DNA of 64,000 bases from Minisyncoccia bacterium. Lineage in GTDB: Bacteria; Patescibacteriota; Minisyncoccia; Phycocordibacterales; UBA9973. Numbering within the stretch: the first letter of the stretch is position 1; each line of letters starts with the position of its first letter. Below the pieces are notes generated by a model. The model searched no databases, had not been told where the DNA came from, and saw only the letters and a list, made by a program, of their open reading frames with translations. Below, in pieces: positions 18,345 through 27,821 of this stretch. The stretch covers positions 78,118-142,117 of the forward strand of contig JBBRWS010000002.1 in the NCBI GenBank assembly GCA_038249055.1. Reading direction: 5' to 3'. Both the position numbers and the translations under genes were made by a program.

Positions 18345-18956
18345 ATGAAAATATTACTTGCTACAAATAATAAAGGAAAGGTAGAAAGATTTAAAAAATT
18401 AATAAATTACATAGATTCAAATATTGAATTATTTTCACCCAATGAGTTAGGAATTAATCCTATTGATACAGAAGAAAATGGTAAAACTCTTATGGAGAAT
18501 GCTCTATTAAAAGCTAATGCATATTTTGGTAAAATTGATATTCCAATTTTGTCTAATGATACAGGATTTTATGTTGAAGGGGATGGATTTATTGATGCCC
18601 CTAAAAGAATAGCATTGGAAGGCAAAAATGAAAATGAATTATCAGAAGAAGAAATATCTAAGAGACTACTAAATTTTTGGAAAGCAATTGCAACGAAGCA
18701 TGGAGGGAAAGTTGATGCTATTTGGATAGAGGCTTGGGTTGTTTTATATCCCAATGGAGAAATCAAGAAGGTTGAATCCAGAAGAGAAATAATTTTAACT
18801 GACCAAGAATTTGGAGTACCTCATATTCATATGCCAATTAGGGCTTTATATTATTCTAAGATAACAAATAAGCCTGCAATTTTACATACAGAAGAAGATG
18901 AAATCATAGAAATGTCACCTATTTTGAAAGCTTTGCAAGAAGTTTTAGGACTTTAA
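18345..18956 (+). CDS. Ham1/ITPase family non-canonical NTP pyrophosphatase
   Basis: ATNNKGK, EENGKTLMENALLKA, NDTG. Confidence 0.85.
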   Translation: MKILLATNNKGKVERFKKLINYIDSNIELFSPNELGINPIDTEENGKTLMENALLKANAYFGKIDIPILSNDTGFYVEGDGFIDAPKRIALEGKNENELSEEEISKRLLNFWKAIATKHGGKVDAIWIEAWVVLYPNGEIKKVESRREIILTDQEFGVPHIHMPIRALYYSKITNKPAILHTEEDEIIEMSPILKALQEVLGL

Positions 18957-19007
18957 ATAATTTACAATATGGACTCAAACTCTAGTTAATTTGATACAAT
19001 AAAATAT

Positions 19008-19514
19008 ATGGAAGAAAAAACAATTAATGCATTGAAGTGGATAGTTTCAATCCTAAATAAACATAATATTCCATATAGAATAGGGGGTGGTTTTGCTGCA
19101 CATATGTATGGTTCAAATCGCCCAGTAAATGATATAGACTTTTCTCTTTCTGGAAAATATTTTCCTATTATTGTTTCAGAAGTGAAAGAATTCATCACCT
19201 CAGGACCAAAACATTATTTGAATGCAAAATGGGATTGTGATACTCTCTCCCTTAACTATTATGGTCAGGAAATAGATATAACTGATATTGATACCTTACG
19301 GATGAGCAATAAAGAACAGACAGAGTGGTTTCAAACAAAAGATAATTATCGTAAATTTTCTAATTTTATAAAAGTAGTTGATGGTATTGAAATATCATTA
19401 ATTAATCCAAATGATTTAGTTGCATATAAAAAAGAATTAGTTGATAAAGATCATCGATATCAATTAGATGATGTTGAGACAGTAGAGAAATATATAATTA
19501 ATCATAATCTTTAA
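19008..19514 (+). CDS. Nucleotidyltransferase family protein
   Basis: IGGGFAAHMYG...DIDF minimal nucleotidyltransferase motif. Confidence 0.75.
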   Translation: MEEKTINALKWIVSILNKHNIPYRIGGGFAAHMYGSNRPVNDIDFSLSGKYFPIIVSEVKEFITSGPKHYLNAKWDCDTLSLNYYGQEIDITDIDTLRMSNKEQTEWFQTKDNYRKFSNFIKVVDGIEISLINPNDLVAYKKELVDKDHRYQLDDVETVEKYIINHNL

Positions 19515-19543
19515 AATAAATTTCAACTTCTAAAAACAAGACC

Positions 19544-19861
19544 ATGCAAACATTTTCTGAGAGAGTAATTAAAATAGCATTGGGAATTCCAAAAGGTAGA
19601 GTTACTACGTATGGAAGAATTGCTAGAGCTTGCGGGGCAGGTCCTATGGCTTCACAAAGTATAACTAATATACTAGGAAAGGCTTATATGGCAGGAATAA
19701 AAAATATTCCTTTCCATAGGATTGTATATTCTGATGGCAAGGTGTGGATTAATGATAAATATAAAAAGGAAAGATTTGCTCTATATAAAAAAGAGGGGAT
19801 TGAATTGGATAAAAATAATAAAATTTTAAACTTCAGAGATATTTTGTTTGAATTTAAATAA
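19544..19861 (+). CDS. MGMT-family alkyltransferase-like protein
   Basis: IPKGRVTTYGRIA; PFHRIV in place of the catalytic PCHRV. Confidence 0.85.
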   Translation: MQTFSERVIKIALGIPKGRVTTYGRIARACGAGPMASQSITNILGKAYMAGIKNIPFHRIVYSDGKVWINDKYKKERFALYKKEGIELDKNNKILNFRDILFEFK

Positions 19862-19923
19862 TTTATAACATCATACTAAGCTATCAACTAGGATTTTTGG
19901 TCATAATTATATATAATTTTTGT

Positions 19924-20379
19924 ATGGCTTATAAATATTTTTCATCAGGTTATTTAGTAAGAGATGGTAAGGTTCTTTTAGTTCATCATAAGAAATTTGA
20001 TAAATGGACACCCCCAGGAGGACATCTTGAAGAAAATGAAACTCCTGACCAAGCGCTTATTAGAGAATGGAAGGAAGAGTTAGATTTAGATATTGGAATT
20101 TTACCAGCTCACGAAAGCGCTTTTTCTGGTGATGCAAATGCGACTCCAGTTCCAATGCCTTTTCATATTAATCTTGAGCGTGAAGGTTTTGATGTTCCAC
20201 ATATTGGTTATTTTTTCTATGTAAGACTGGAAGATTCAGATCAAATAATTACAGTTTTGGAAAGTGAATTACATGACGCTAAATGGTTTTCTAAAGAAGA
20301 ACTTTCTACTATTCAAACTTTTGACCAAGTGCGGGCATTAGCAGAATATGCTATTAATCATTTTCCAGAAATTTCCTAA
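19924..20379 (+). CDS. NUDIX hydrolase
   Basis: PGGHLEENE...REWKEEL. Confidence 0.88.
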   Translation: MAYKYFSSGYLVRDGKVLLVHHKKFDKWTPPGGHLEENETPDQALIREWKEELDLDIGILPAHESAFSGDANATPVPMPFHINLEREGFDVPHIGYFFYVRLEDSDQIITVLESELHDAKWFSKEELSTIQTFDQVRALAEYAINHFPEIS

Positions 20380-20436
20380 ATATATGAATATTTATATTTC
20401 ACATTTTAAAGATTTTAATTTTTATACAATATTTTT

Positions 20437-20790
20437 ATGGAAAATAATAAATTTATAGAAAATTCGTCAGAAAGAATATTACGTTGTTTACAAGATTATT
20501 CTAATGATTTTATGGCAATTGAAATTATTTTTAGAAGTAGTGGTATAGATGGTGTTCGGAAACTTATCAAAGATGGGTATAGGATATCAACTGTTGAAAA
20601 CTATTTACAAAAATATAGAACAGAAGGCAGAAAGACAATTAGTCTGGAAGACCAAAAAGATTCTATATTTATTGAAAAAGCACAAATACTAAATAATTTG
20701 GCAAATAAAATTAATTCACTAGGGGAAAATGTAGATGAACGTACTATAAGTGAAACTATAGAAGTAGTTAAAAGGATTATTTATAATTAG
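20437..20790 (+). CDS. Hypothetical protein
   Basis: 117-aa ORF with TACAAT just upstream. Confidence 0.6.
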   Translation: MENNKFIENSSERILRCLQDYSNDFMAIEIIFRSSGIDGVRKLIKDGYRISTVENYLQKYRTEGRKTISLEDQKDSIFIEKAQILNNLANKINSLGENVDERTISETIEVVKRIIYN

Positions 20791-20823
20791 ATAAAATAAA
20801 ATAGATTTTATTAGAGTCTAATA

Positions 20824-21543
20824 TTATTCAAATTTATTTAAATAATCTAAATTTAATTGCTCGGCTAGTATCTCTTTTTGTTTTTGATCTAAATACTTTT
20901 GTAGAAGTAGCGCTATTTTTTCAGTAATTACACCTTTAATAGCATTGTTTGATGCAATCGATACTATAACCATTGCATCTTTTTTATTTATAGGTACATT
21001 TAAATACCTCGCAATTTTTTGTGCAATTGGAGTTTGTAATTTTTTACTTCGCCATTTTATATGTTCAAGAACTTTTTTTACATCTTGGTCTGTTATTAAC
21101 TTGGGATTAATTTGATTTGAATTTGTCATTTTCCATGTATGACGAATAATTCCTAGTATTCCTAATTTCTCAAGTACATCAGCATCATGCACGATTTTAG
21201 CCTCAAGTGTTTTTGGTTTTTCAGTTCCTTCATGTGAAGCTACACATTCCGCAATGAGTTCTTTATCCGTTTGTGATATATCAATAGGGGATAATAAATT
21301 CATCACAATTTTTTTATTATTTTTATAATTGTAATCATTGCCTGTTGGTAATGCAGTATCATGAAGCCATGCCCCTCCCTCAACAATTGATAAATCTGCT
21401 TTTGTTTTGATTGCTAAATATTTTGCTATTTTTACAGCACGAAATAAATGCTTATTTCCTTTGGATTTTCCCCCGAAGGCGATTTCATGGTCTATTTTAA
21501 TTCCGAGTTTTTTAATTTCTTTTATTTTTTTCTGGTTAATCAT
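20824..21543 (-). CDS. HD-domain phosphohydrolase
   Basis: H...WLHD...SHE...VHDADVLE. Confidence 0.85.
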   Translation of the reverse strand: MINQKKIKEIKKLGIKIDHEIAFGGKSKGNKHLFRAVKIAKYLAIKTKADLSIVEGGAWLHDTALPTGNDYNYKNNKKIVMNLLSPIDISQTDKELIAECVASHEGTEKPKTLEAKIVHDADVLEKLGILGIIRHTWKMTNSNQINPKLITDQDVKKVLEHIKWRSKKLQTPIAQKIARYLNVPINKKDAMVIVSIASNNAIKGVITEKIALLLQKYLDQKQKEILAEQLNLDYLNKFE

Positions 21544-21608
21544 TATATATATTATATGCTATCTTTATTTAATAAAAAACCCGCCGTAAAAACAGCGGGT
21601 TAAATAAG

Positions 21609-22145
21609 TTATTTTTCAATAAGTTTTAAAACATTTTCTACTGATATATCAGTATCATCGTTGTTGACGATGATATGATTTTGACTATCAGATGAAAATT
21701 TTTCAAAAATTTCTTGAAACAACAAGTTCATTTTTAGAGCCTCCTCTGTTGAGAGAATGTGCCCAGTTCTTGTTTGTGCTTTAAGCCGTTTTTCTACTAA
21801 GTCATATGGACATTTTACTTCAATCCAGAAAACTTGAATATCCTTATTTTTACAAAGGTCTTCAATTTTTATTCTGAGTTGTTCTAAATGAAATACTTCA
21901 TCCATAATTATGGCCGAGATATCGCTCGTTCCAAAGAGATTAAAAGCATGTTCTAGTGCTTTTTTGTAGTAACTCCACCTTATATTTGGTGGGTCAATTT
22001 GGTTCGTGACGAGAGTCGGGTCAACATCAACTCTTTTAAAATCGTCTAAATCTAGGACTTTTGCTCCTATTTTATGACTAATTTTTCTTGAAATAGTTGA
22101 TTTACCAACTCCAGGTAAGCCGGCCAATAAAATGATTTTTTTCAT
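21609..22145 (-). CDS. P-loop kinase (AAA_33/gluconate- or shikimate-kinase-like)
   Basis: AGLPGVGKST Walker A at the N-terminus, DLDDFKR. Confidence 0.8.
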   Translation of the reverse strand: MKKIILLAGLPGVGKSTISRKISHKIGAKVLDLDDFKRVDVDPTLVTNQIDPPNIRWSYYKKALEHAFNLFGTSDISAIIMDEVFHLEQLRIKIEDLCKNKDIQVFWIEVKCPYDLVEKRLKAQTRTGHILSTEEALKMNLLFQEIFEKFSSDSQNHIIVNNDDTDISVENVLKLIEK

Positions 22146-22247
22146 TTCATATATGCTACCTACTTTACTCGGTAGACTTTTTTAGTTTATATTAGGTTTT
22201 AAAAGAACTAAGAAAAGGAAGTTTTTAAAACATACCTTTTTGATGAA

Positions 22248-22376
22248 AGAACAAAAAAGCCCCTAAATAAAGGGCTGTTTTTTATGTTCAAATGGAGATT
22301 TTATATCAACGCAAACAACAACCCTCTATATATAGGAGTTGTAGCAATAACTTGCGTTGATAATATTCAATTTCAT
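22248..22376 (-). promoter_or_regulatory. Structured leader with a 16-aa uORF, long hairpin and terminator
   Basis: TTGACT-17-TATAGT promoter; uORF 22376-22326; ATCAACGCAA/TTGCGTTGAT stem; AGCCCT..GGGGCT-T6 terminator. Confidence 0.55.
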
Positions 22377-22509
22377 ATATTTACTATATTAAATATATGA
22401 AATATAGTCAATCCTATATATTTTATTACTATATTTTAATAATAAATTATATATGTTTTATTAGATTTAAGATGGTTGATTTAATCAATAATAAACGTAT
22501 ACTTGTAAT

Positions 22510-22830
22510 ATGATTATACTTTTTATTATCGGATTATTATTTGGGGCTGTAGCAGTTATTTTTGCATTACAAAATACTGCAGTTATAACTGTTACTTTTT
22601 TATCGTGGCATTTAACAGGTTCTCTCGCTTTAGTTTTATTATTAACTATAACCTCAGGGATACTTATCGCAATATTTTTATTGCTTCCAGAATTTATCAG
22701 TAGTTATTTAAAAAACAAAAATCTAAAAAAGGAAAATTTAAGACTTGAACAAGAAATATTGAAACAAACCGAACAAACTGTTTTGGCTAAACGCTCACCT
22801 GCAGTAGAAGAAAATATTGTAAAAATTTAA
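22510..22830 (+). CDS. LapA/DUF1049 family membrane protein
   Basis: VIFALQNTAVITVTFLSW motif, two TM helices, coiled tail. Confidence 0.8.
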   Translation: MIILFIIGLLFGAVAVIFALQNTAVITVTFLSWHLTGSLALVLLLTITSGILIAIFLLLPEFISSYLKNKNLKKENLRLEQEILKQTEQTVLAKRSPAVEENIVKI

Positions 22831-22915
22831 TAAAAGTATTAAATAACAAAGTTATGCCCATATTTAATAGGGTTTTTTCTAGGGGAATAGATATTGTAGA
22901 TGATATAATGAACTT

Positions 22916-24268
22916 ATGATAAATAAACAATTGGTTGATTTCATTAAACAGCAATTACAGAAGGGAATAACAAGGGAAGTTATAAGCAAAGAACTCTTGG
23001 TTGGTGATTGGACCTTACAGGATATCGACGAGGGTTTTAAATCAATAAATATAATAAATAAAACTTCCATCTCTACTCCTCCTCCTACTCAATCTTCCGT
23101 TTCTATTAAAGCTTCAATACCTAGTCCTGTTACTACTCCAATTTTAGATCCAGATTCTATCCCTTTTTTAAGCAAAGCTCCAATTCAAACCTCAATTCCA
23201 ACAATTGTTTCAAATTTCCATACAACATCAAATAGACCTATGTCTTCTATCGAGAATCACAACCACACAGTAAGAAATGTTTTTCTAACTATAATGGGTT
23301 TATTTTTATTAGCAGGTTTGATGTTTGGTTATTTTTTTAGAGATGAAATACCAGTAATTAAAGACTTAATAAAAAATAAAAATTCAACTATAAATGAAAT
23401 AAACCAAAATCAAAATACTCAACTTCAAATACAAGACGAACAAGGGGAAGTACAACCAGAAATACAACCAGAGCAAAAACCAGAAGCGATTACAGATGGA
23501 ACAAATCAAGAAGATAAATTAATCATAAAAAATGATGATAATAAAGTTGTGGAAATGGATAATGGGCCAATTAATTGCGGTAAAGACATGACTTGTTTTA
23601 TGGATGCAATAAAGAATTGTTCTAAAGCGTATGTTGAAGAAACTAAAATAATGGATTTTTTTGGAATGGTTCAAACAACAAAAATTATAAGTACTTTAGA
23701 TGGTTTTGATTCTTCAAAAAAGTGTCTTTACTCAACTTATATACTAGATGCTAGTTTAGATTATTCTACAGAAATGATAGCTCAAGCGAAAGCATCAGGG
23801 GTTACAGAAGAAAATTTAGACTTACAGCTCAAAAAATCAAGTGAATCTGTAAAAGGAACAATTGGAATGATTACAAAGTGTTCATTCACAACTGTTTATT
23901 TAAGCGAATTATTTATTAAATGGAATAAAGGCAGTTTTAGTTCCTCAGATATGGATCCTGGTAATTGTACTATTAGCGGCGGAACACTTCCTCTTTCAAG
24001 TACTACTATATATTTATCTTCTACTCAAAAAGAGATGCTATCTTCTGGGCTAAAGTTTAATTATATTAATATAACTAAAGACACAGCGAAGTTAATGATT
24101 ACTCAAATAAGTACTGGTAAAACACAAACCGTTGATTTCATTCCAAATAAAGAAATTATCGTTTTTGATACAACAATAACGCTTATTGTAATTACAGAAG
24201 AAAATTATACATTGAATGGTGAAATTATTAAATATTTAGAAGCAGAAATTGAGATAAAAGATAAATAA
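22916..24268 (+). CDS. Hypothetical membrane protein with Cys-containing ectodomain
   Basis: Small N-terminal helical domain, Pro/Ser/Thr linker, one TM, several Cys pairs. Confidence 0.7.
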   Translation: MINKQLVDFIKQQLQKGITREVISKELLVGDWTLQDIDEGFKSINIINKTSISTPPPTQSSVSIKASIPSPVTTPILDPDSIPFLSKAPIQTSIPTIVSNFHTTSNRPMSSIENHNHTVRNVFLTIMGLFLLAGLMFGYFFRDEIPVIKDLIKNKNSTINEINQNQNTQLQIQDEQGEVQPEIQPEQKPEAITDGTNQEDKLIIKNDDNKVVEMDNGPINCGKDMTCFMDAIKNCSKAYVEETKIMDFFGMVQTTKIISTLDGFDSSKKCLYSTYILDASLDYSTEMIAQAKASGVTEENLDLQLKKSSESVKGTIGMITKCSFTTVYLSELFIKWNKGSFSSSDMDPGNCTISGGTLPLSSTTIYLSSTQKEMLSSGLKFNYINITKDTAKLMITQISTGKTQTVDFIPNKEIIVFDTTITLIVITEENYTLNGEIIKYLEAEIEIKDK

Positions 24269-24322
24269 ATTTAAACAATATTATCTTAGTTATTTATTTA
24301 ACTTTATGATATTTATAATAAA

Positions 24323-24817
24323 ATGGATAATTTTAAAAAAATAAATATTGAAAGAAAAGAAGATTTATCTGTTAAAGCAGAAACTGTCGATACAGATACT
24401 TTAATTGACTTAATTTATAAAGGTCAAAACTTACCGCAAGATAATCGTTTTTTATCAGTAGAAGAGGGTGGAGTTTTTAAATATTTTGATTTAAAACATA
24501 TCCAGGACCATAAAAATGATAAATTTTATCCAATAATAAAATCAGAAAATAAAATAGTTGGTCTAAGTGAATTATTAAAAGATCCTTTCTTAAAAAATAA
24601 TCTTTGGATTCAATTTATATCAGTTGATGAAAATGAACAAGGTAAGGGGTATGCCTCTAAACTTGCAAGAGAAATTTTTGATTTTGCTGAACAAAATGGT
24701 TATTCACTTGAAGCATCGCATTATACAGAAGATGGTTTTCTTAAACTAAGGCCAGTATTTGAAAAATTAGCAAACGAATATTCTAATGTTAGCTTTATTA
24801 ATAAAAATAAACTCTAA
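24323..24817 (+). CDS. GNAT family acetyltransferase
   Basis: ISVDENEQGKGYASKL acetyl-CoA motif. Confidence 0.8.
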   Translation: MDNFKKINIERKEDLSVKAETVDTDTLIDLIYKGQNLPQDNRFLSVEEGGVFKYFDLKHIQDHKNDKFYPIIKSENKIVGLSELLKDPFLKNNLWIQFISVDENEQGKGYASKLAREIFDFAEQNGYSLEASHYTEDGFLKLRPVFEKLANEYSNVSFINKNKL

Positions 24818-24942
24818 TTAAATATTTTTATCATTAAATCTCATTTATGAAACGATGAAGTGTTAAGAATTGATTTATTAATTCAATATTTTATTATAGA
24901 TGCGCAAAATCATCATATTTGCTACAATAACAAAACCCTTAT

Positions 24943-26217
24943 ATGGACATACTTTTAATCATTTTTTTAATATTACTCAACGGTGTTTTCTCAATGAGCG
25001 AAATTGCAATGGTTTCCTCACGTAAATTTAAGCTGGAAAGTGCAGCAAAGAGTGGTAGTAAAAGTGCCAAACGTGCTTTAGAACTCGCTAATAATCCAAA
25101 TCGTTTTCTTTCAACCATTCAAATAGGCATAACTCTCATTGGTATCCTTATTGGTATTTTTAGTGCTGAAAAAATAACAGATAATCTTACTAATTTGATT
25201 TCTTTCATAGATATTTTATATCCCTATGCACATTCTATTGCGGTGATTATAGTCGTTATTATTGTAACTTTTTTTTCTATAGTTCTTGGGGAACTTTTAC
25301 CAAAAAGAATTGGACTTCTTTTCCCCGAAAAAATTGCATCTGTTATGGCAAAACCAATGCACTTACTTTCAAAAATATCTTCACCTTTTATATGGCTTCT
25401 TAGTATTACAAATGAATTTCTTTTAAAATTGTTTGGTATTAAAAGTGAATCAAAACATGGAGTTACAGAAGAAGAGATAAGAGCGATTATTCAAGAGGGA
25501 GCCCTTGGTGGTGAAGTGCAGGAAATTGAACAAGATATTATTGAGAGAGTATTTGGACTAGGGGACCGCAAGGTTGTAGAGCTTATGACTCACCGAAAAG
25601 ACATGATTTGGTTAGATGTGAATGATACAATTGCTCTTATTCAAAAAAAAATAGCATTAGAGCCACATTCTGTTTATCCAGTTGCTGATGGAAAACTAGA
25701 TAAACTACTTGGAGTTGTTAGCGCAAAAGATATGTTTGCTGCTCTTGGGCGTATTGATTTTTCTTTAGTTGATTATATAAAAAAACCCCTAGTTGTTCAT
25801 GAAAATACACCAGCCTATCGTCTTTTAGAAAAGTTTCGAAAAGTTAGATGGCATGCTGCGCTCGTTGTAGATGAGTATGGCTCTCTTCAAGGTGTTGTCT
25901 CTATGGATGATGTCGTAGATGCTCTTCTTGGTGATGTGTCAGAATACAACCAGCAAGAATATAAAATTACACTGCGTGAAGATGGAACTTGGCTTGCTGA
26001 TGGTCAATATCCATATTTTGAACTATTACATTTTTTTGACATTACAGATATTGATTCAGAAAGAGAATATAATACTATTGCCGGACTTATATTACATAAA
26101 GTTGAAAATATTCCTACTGTGGGAGAAAAAATTGATTGGGGTCATTTCACTCTTGAGATTTTAGATATGGATGGATCACGCATAGATAAGGTGCTTATCA
26201 CCAAGAAAAATATTTAA
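24943..26217 (+). CDS. HlyC/CorC (CNNM-CBS) family transporter
   Basis: FSMSEIA, GELLPK, CBS pair, VVDEYG, CorC C-terminus. Confidence 0.92.
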   Translation: MDILLIIFLILLNGVFSMSEIAMVSSRKFKLESAAKSGSKSAKRALELANNPNRFLSTIQIGITLIGILIGIFSAEKITDNLTNLISFIDILYPYAHSIAVIIVVIIVTFFSIVLGELLPKRIGLLFPEKIASVMAKPMHLLSKISSPFIWLLSITNEFLLKLFGIKSESKHGVTEEEIRAIIQEGALGGEVQEIEQDIIERVFGLGDRKVVELMTHRKDMIWLDVNDTIALIQKKIALEPHSVYPVADGKLDKLLGVVSAKDMFAALGRIDFSLVDYIKKPLVVHENTPAYRLLEKFRKVRWHAALVVDEYGSLQGVVSMDDVVDALLGDVSEYNQQEYKITLREDGTWLADGQYPYFELLHFFDITDIDSEREYNTIAGLILHKVENIPTVGEKIDWGHFTLEILDMDGSRIDKVLITKKNI

Positions 26218-26370
26218 AAAATAATAAAGAATGAATGTATACTATAAGGAATATAGTTATTTCATTTTTATAAAAAATAAAATAACGCAAATAGTGTTTT
26301 TTTTACCTTTACTTTATAGTAAATAATTATGCTATAATATGGTTATTATAAATAATCTATTAATTGCCTT

Positions 26371-26523
26371 ATGAATAATTTATTAAAGGATTTTATTTCA
26401 AAAGAACAACGAGATTTTAGCTTTAAAATAGGTCGGGATCTTGCATCAGCTCTTTCTGGATTTATTGCGGGTGCTCTCGCTGCAAGTATTGTTTGGACTA
26501 CTTGTATTTTACTATCTAATTAA
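26371..26523 (+). CDS. Small membrane protein (50 aa, not in the ORF track)
   Basis: MNNLLKDFISKEQRDFSFKIGRDLASALSGFIAGALAASIVWTTCILLSN*. Confidence 0.55.
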   Translation: MNNLLKDFISKEQRDFSFKIGRDLASALSGFIAGALAASIVWTTCILLSN

Positions 26524-26588
26524 TTTTTAATTTCAGAATTAAATATTACTATAAAAAAAGGTTAAATTTTTTTAATATTTTAATTATT

Positions 26589-26627
26589 AAAATGACCACA
26601 CTGAAATTTATCAGTGTGGTCATTTTT
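26589..26627. terminator. Bidirectional intrinsic terminator
   Basis: AAAATGACCACACTGA/TCAGTGTGGTCATTTT stem between convergent genes. Confidence 0.75.
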
Positions 26628-26629
26628 AT

Positions 26630-27709
26630 TTATAAATATTTTCTGTAAAAATCTGACTTATTTAAGTCTGGATTAAAAATATCAATTTTCTTTCCGTGAA
26701 AATTTTTAATGATTTCAAAAAAACCATAATTAATGTTATTTGTATTGCCATTAATTATATCATTGTAGAAGTTATGAACCTCGCTGTCTGTCATGCAACA
26801 AATAGCGAGGTAGGGGTCAATTTGCTCATCAAATTTTTCATTAATAAAAGAAATAATTTTCACCATCTCTTGTTTAATTTGTTTTTTGTATTCTTGTTTA
26901 TCAAGCTTGAAATAAACATTTTCATACATCCAACTTTTTAAATCAACAAATTTTTGTGCAGTTTCAGATTTAGAAAAAGAAACTCTTCCTTCTTCTGAGC
27001 TTTCTTTAATAAGTTCAAACAAAACATTAGCTATTCGTTCTCTTTGGTCTTTTCCAAAAAAGAGAGCTATTTCAGGCAATGATTCTTCTTTTAGGAATCC
27101 AACCTTTAATGTGTCATTTAAATCAGAAAAAGTGTAAGCGATTTTATCACAATACATGCACAAAGTCGCTTCTTCTGAAATGTTAGAATTAATTTTCATT
27201 TCACTATTTCCACGAGAGTGATTAAGTATTCCCTCAAGTGTTTCATAAGTTAAATTTAATCCTTTCCCTTTGCGCTCAATTTTTTGTGCAACAATTACAC
27301 TCATAATACTGTGTGCAAATTTTTTTCCAGAAAGTTCACTAATTAATGTTTCACCTAAATGTCCAAACGGGGTATGCCCAATATCATGTCCATAGGCGAT
27401 AGCTTCTGCTAGGTATTCATTTAACCCTAAAACATTAGCGCAGATTGCATCAAGATTGACGACATCATTTGTGTGAATAAGTCTGTTTCTTGTGTTTGAA
27501 TGTAACCCAGGTGGGAAGACTTGTGTTTTATCATCAAGCCTGCGGTAGTGTTTACCTAATCGTATTTTTTCTCTATCACGAAGAAATGGGTCAAGAGTGG
27601 CATACAAAAGGTCAGAATCATCATAAAAGCGTCGCCCGAGACTATTTCTCGGTTTAAAAGCAAGAGATTTTAAAGACCCCTTGAAATCAGAAAGATTATT
27701 TTTTTTCAT
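26630..27709 (-). CDS. dgt: dGTP triphosphohydrolase-like HD protein
   Basis: RRLDDKTQVF, RNRLIHT, HDIGHTPFGHLGE, DKIAY. Confidence 0.9.
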   Translation of the reverse strand: MKKNNLSDFKGSLKSLAFKPRNSLGRRFYDDSDLLYATLDPFLRDREKIRLGKHYRRLDDKTQVFPPGLHSNTRNRLIHTNDVVNLDAICANVLGLNEYLAEAIAYGHDIGHTPFGHLGETLISELSGKKFAHSIMSVIVAQKIERKGKGLNLTYETLEGILNHSRGNSEMKINSNISEEATLCMYCDKIAYTFSDLNDTLKVGFLKEESLPEIALFFGKDQRERIANVLFELIKESSEEGRVSFSKSETAQKFVDLKSWMYENVYFKLDKQEYKKQIKQEMVKIISFINEKFDEQIDPYLAICCMTDSEVHNFYNDIINGNTNNINYGFFEIIKNFHGKKIDIFNPDLNKSDFYRKYL

Positions 27710-27821
27710 TTTTTAAAAGATTATATTTTTTCTTCACATTACAACTTATATAAATAATTGTCAAAAAGTGATATATAGCAATATATTATTTAAAAATCTA
27801 ATTTTGTATTATAATCATAAA

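Larger units (their letters stand above)
12457..20379 (+). mobile_element. tRNA-Gln-anchored array of accessory gene cassettes separated by 28-bp att-like repeats
   Basis: All ORFs co-oriented; repeats at 13268, 14243, 15056, 15190, 15789, 16835, 18282, and degenerate at 18961 and 19862; no integrase seen. Confidence 0.7.

Noticed and set aside
19515-19545. Possible additional cassette repeat before the alkyltransferase-like gene
   Set aside because: Only the left AAATAAATTTCAAC part resembles the consensus; too weak to count.
13268-19889. 28-bp repeats as a CRISPR array
   Set aside because: Spacing is 130-1450 bp with whole genes in between, the repeats are degenerate, and no cas genes are present.
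13268-19889. Repeats as integron attC or Xer dif sites
   Set aside because: There are no RYYYAAC/GTTRRRY complementary ends or long palindromes, and no XerC/XerD-type 11-6-11 inverted arms despite the 28-bp length.
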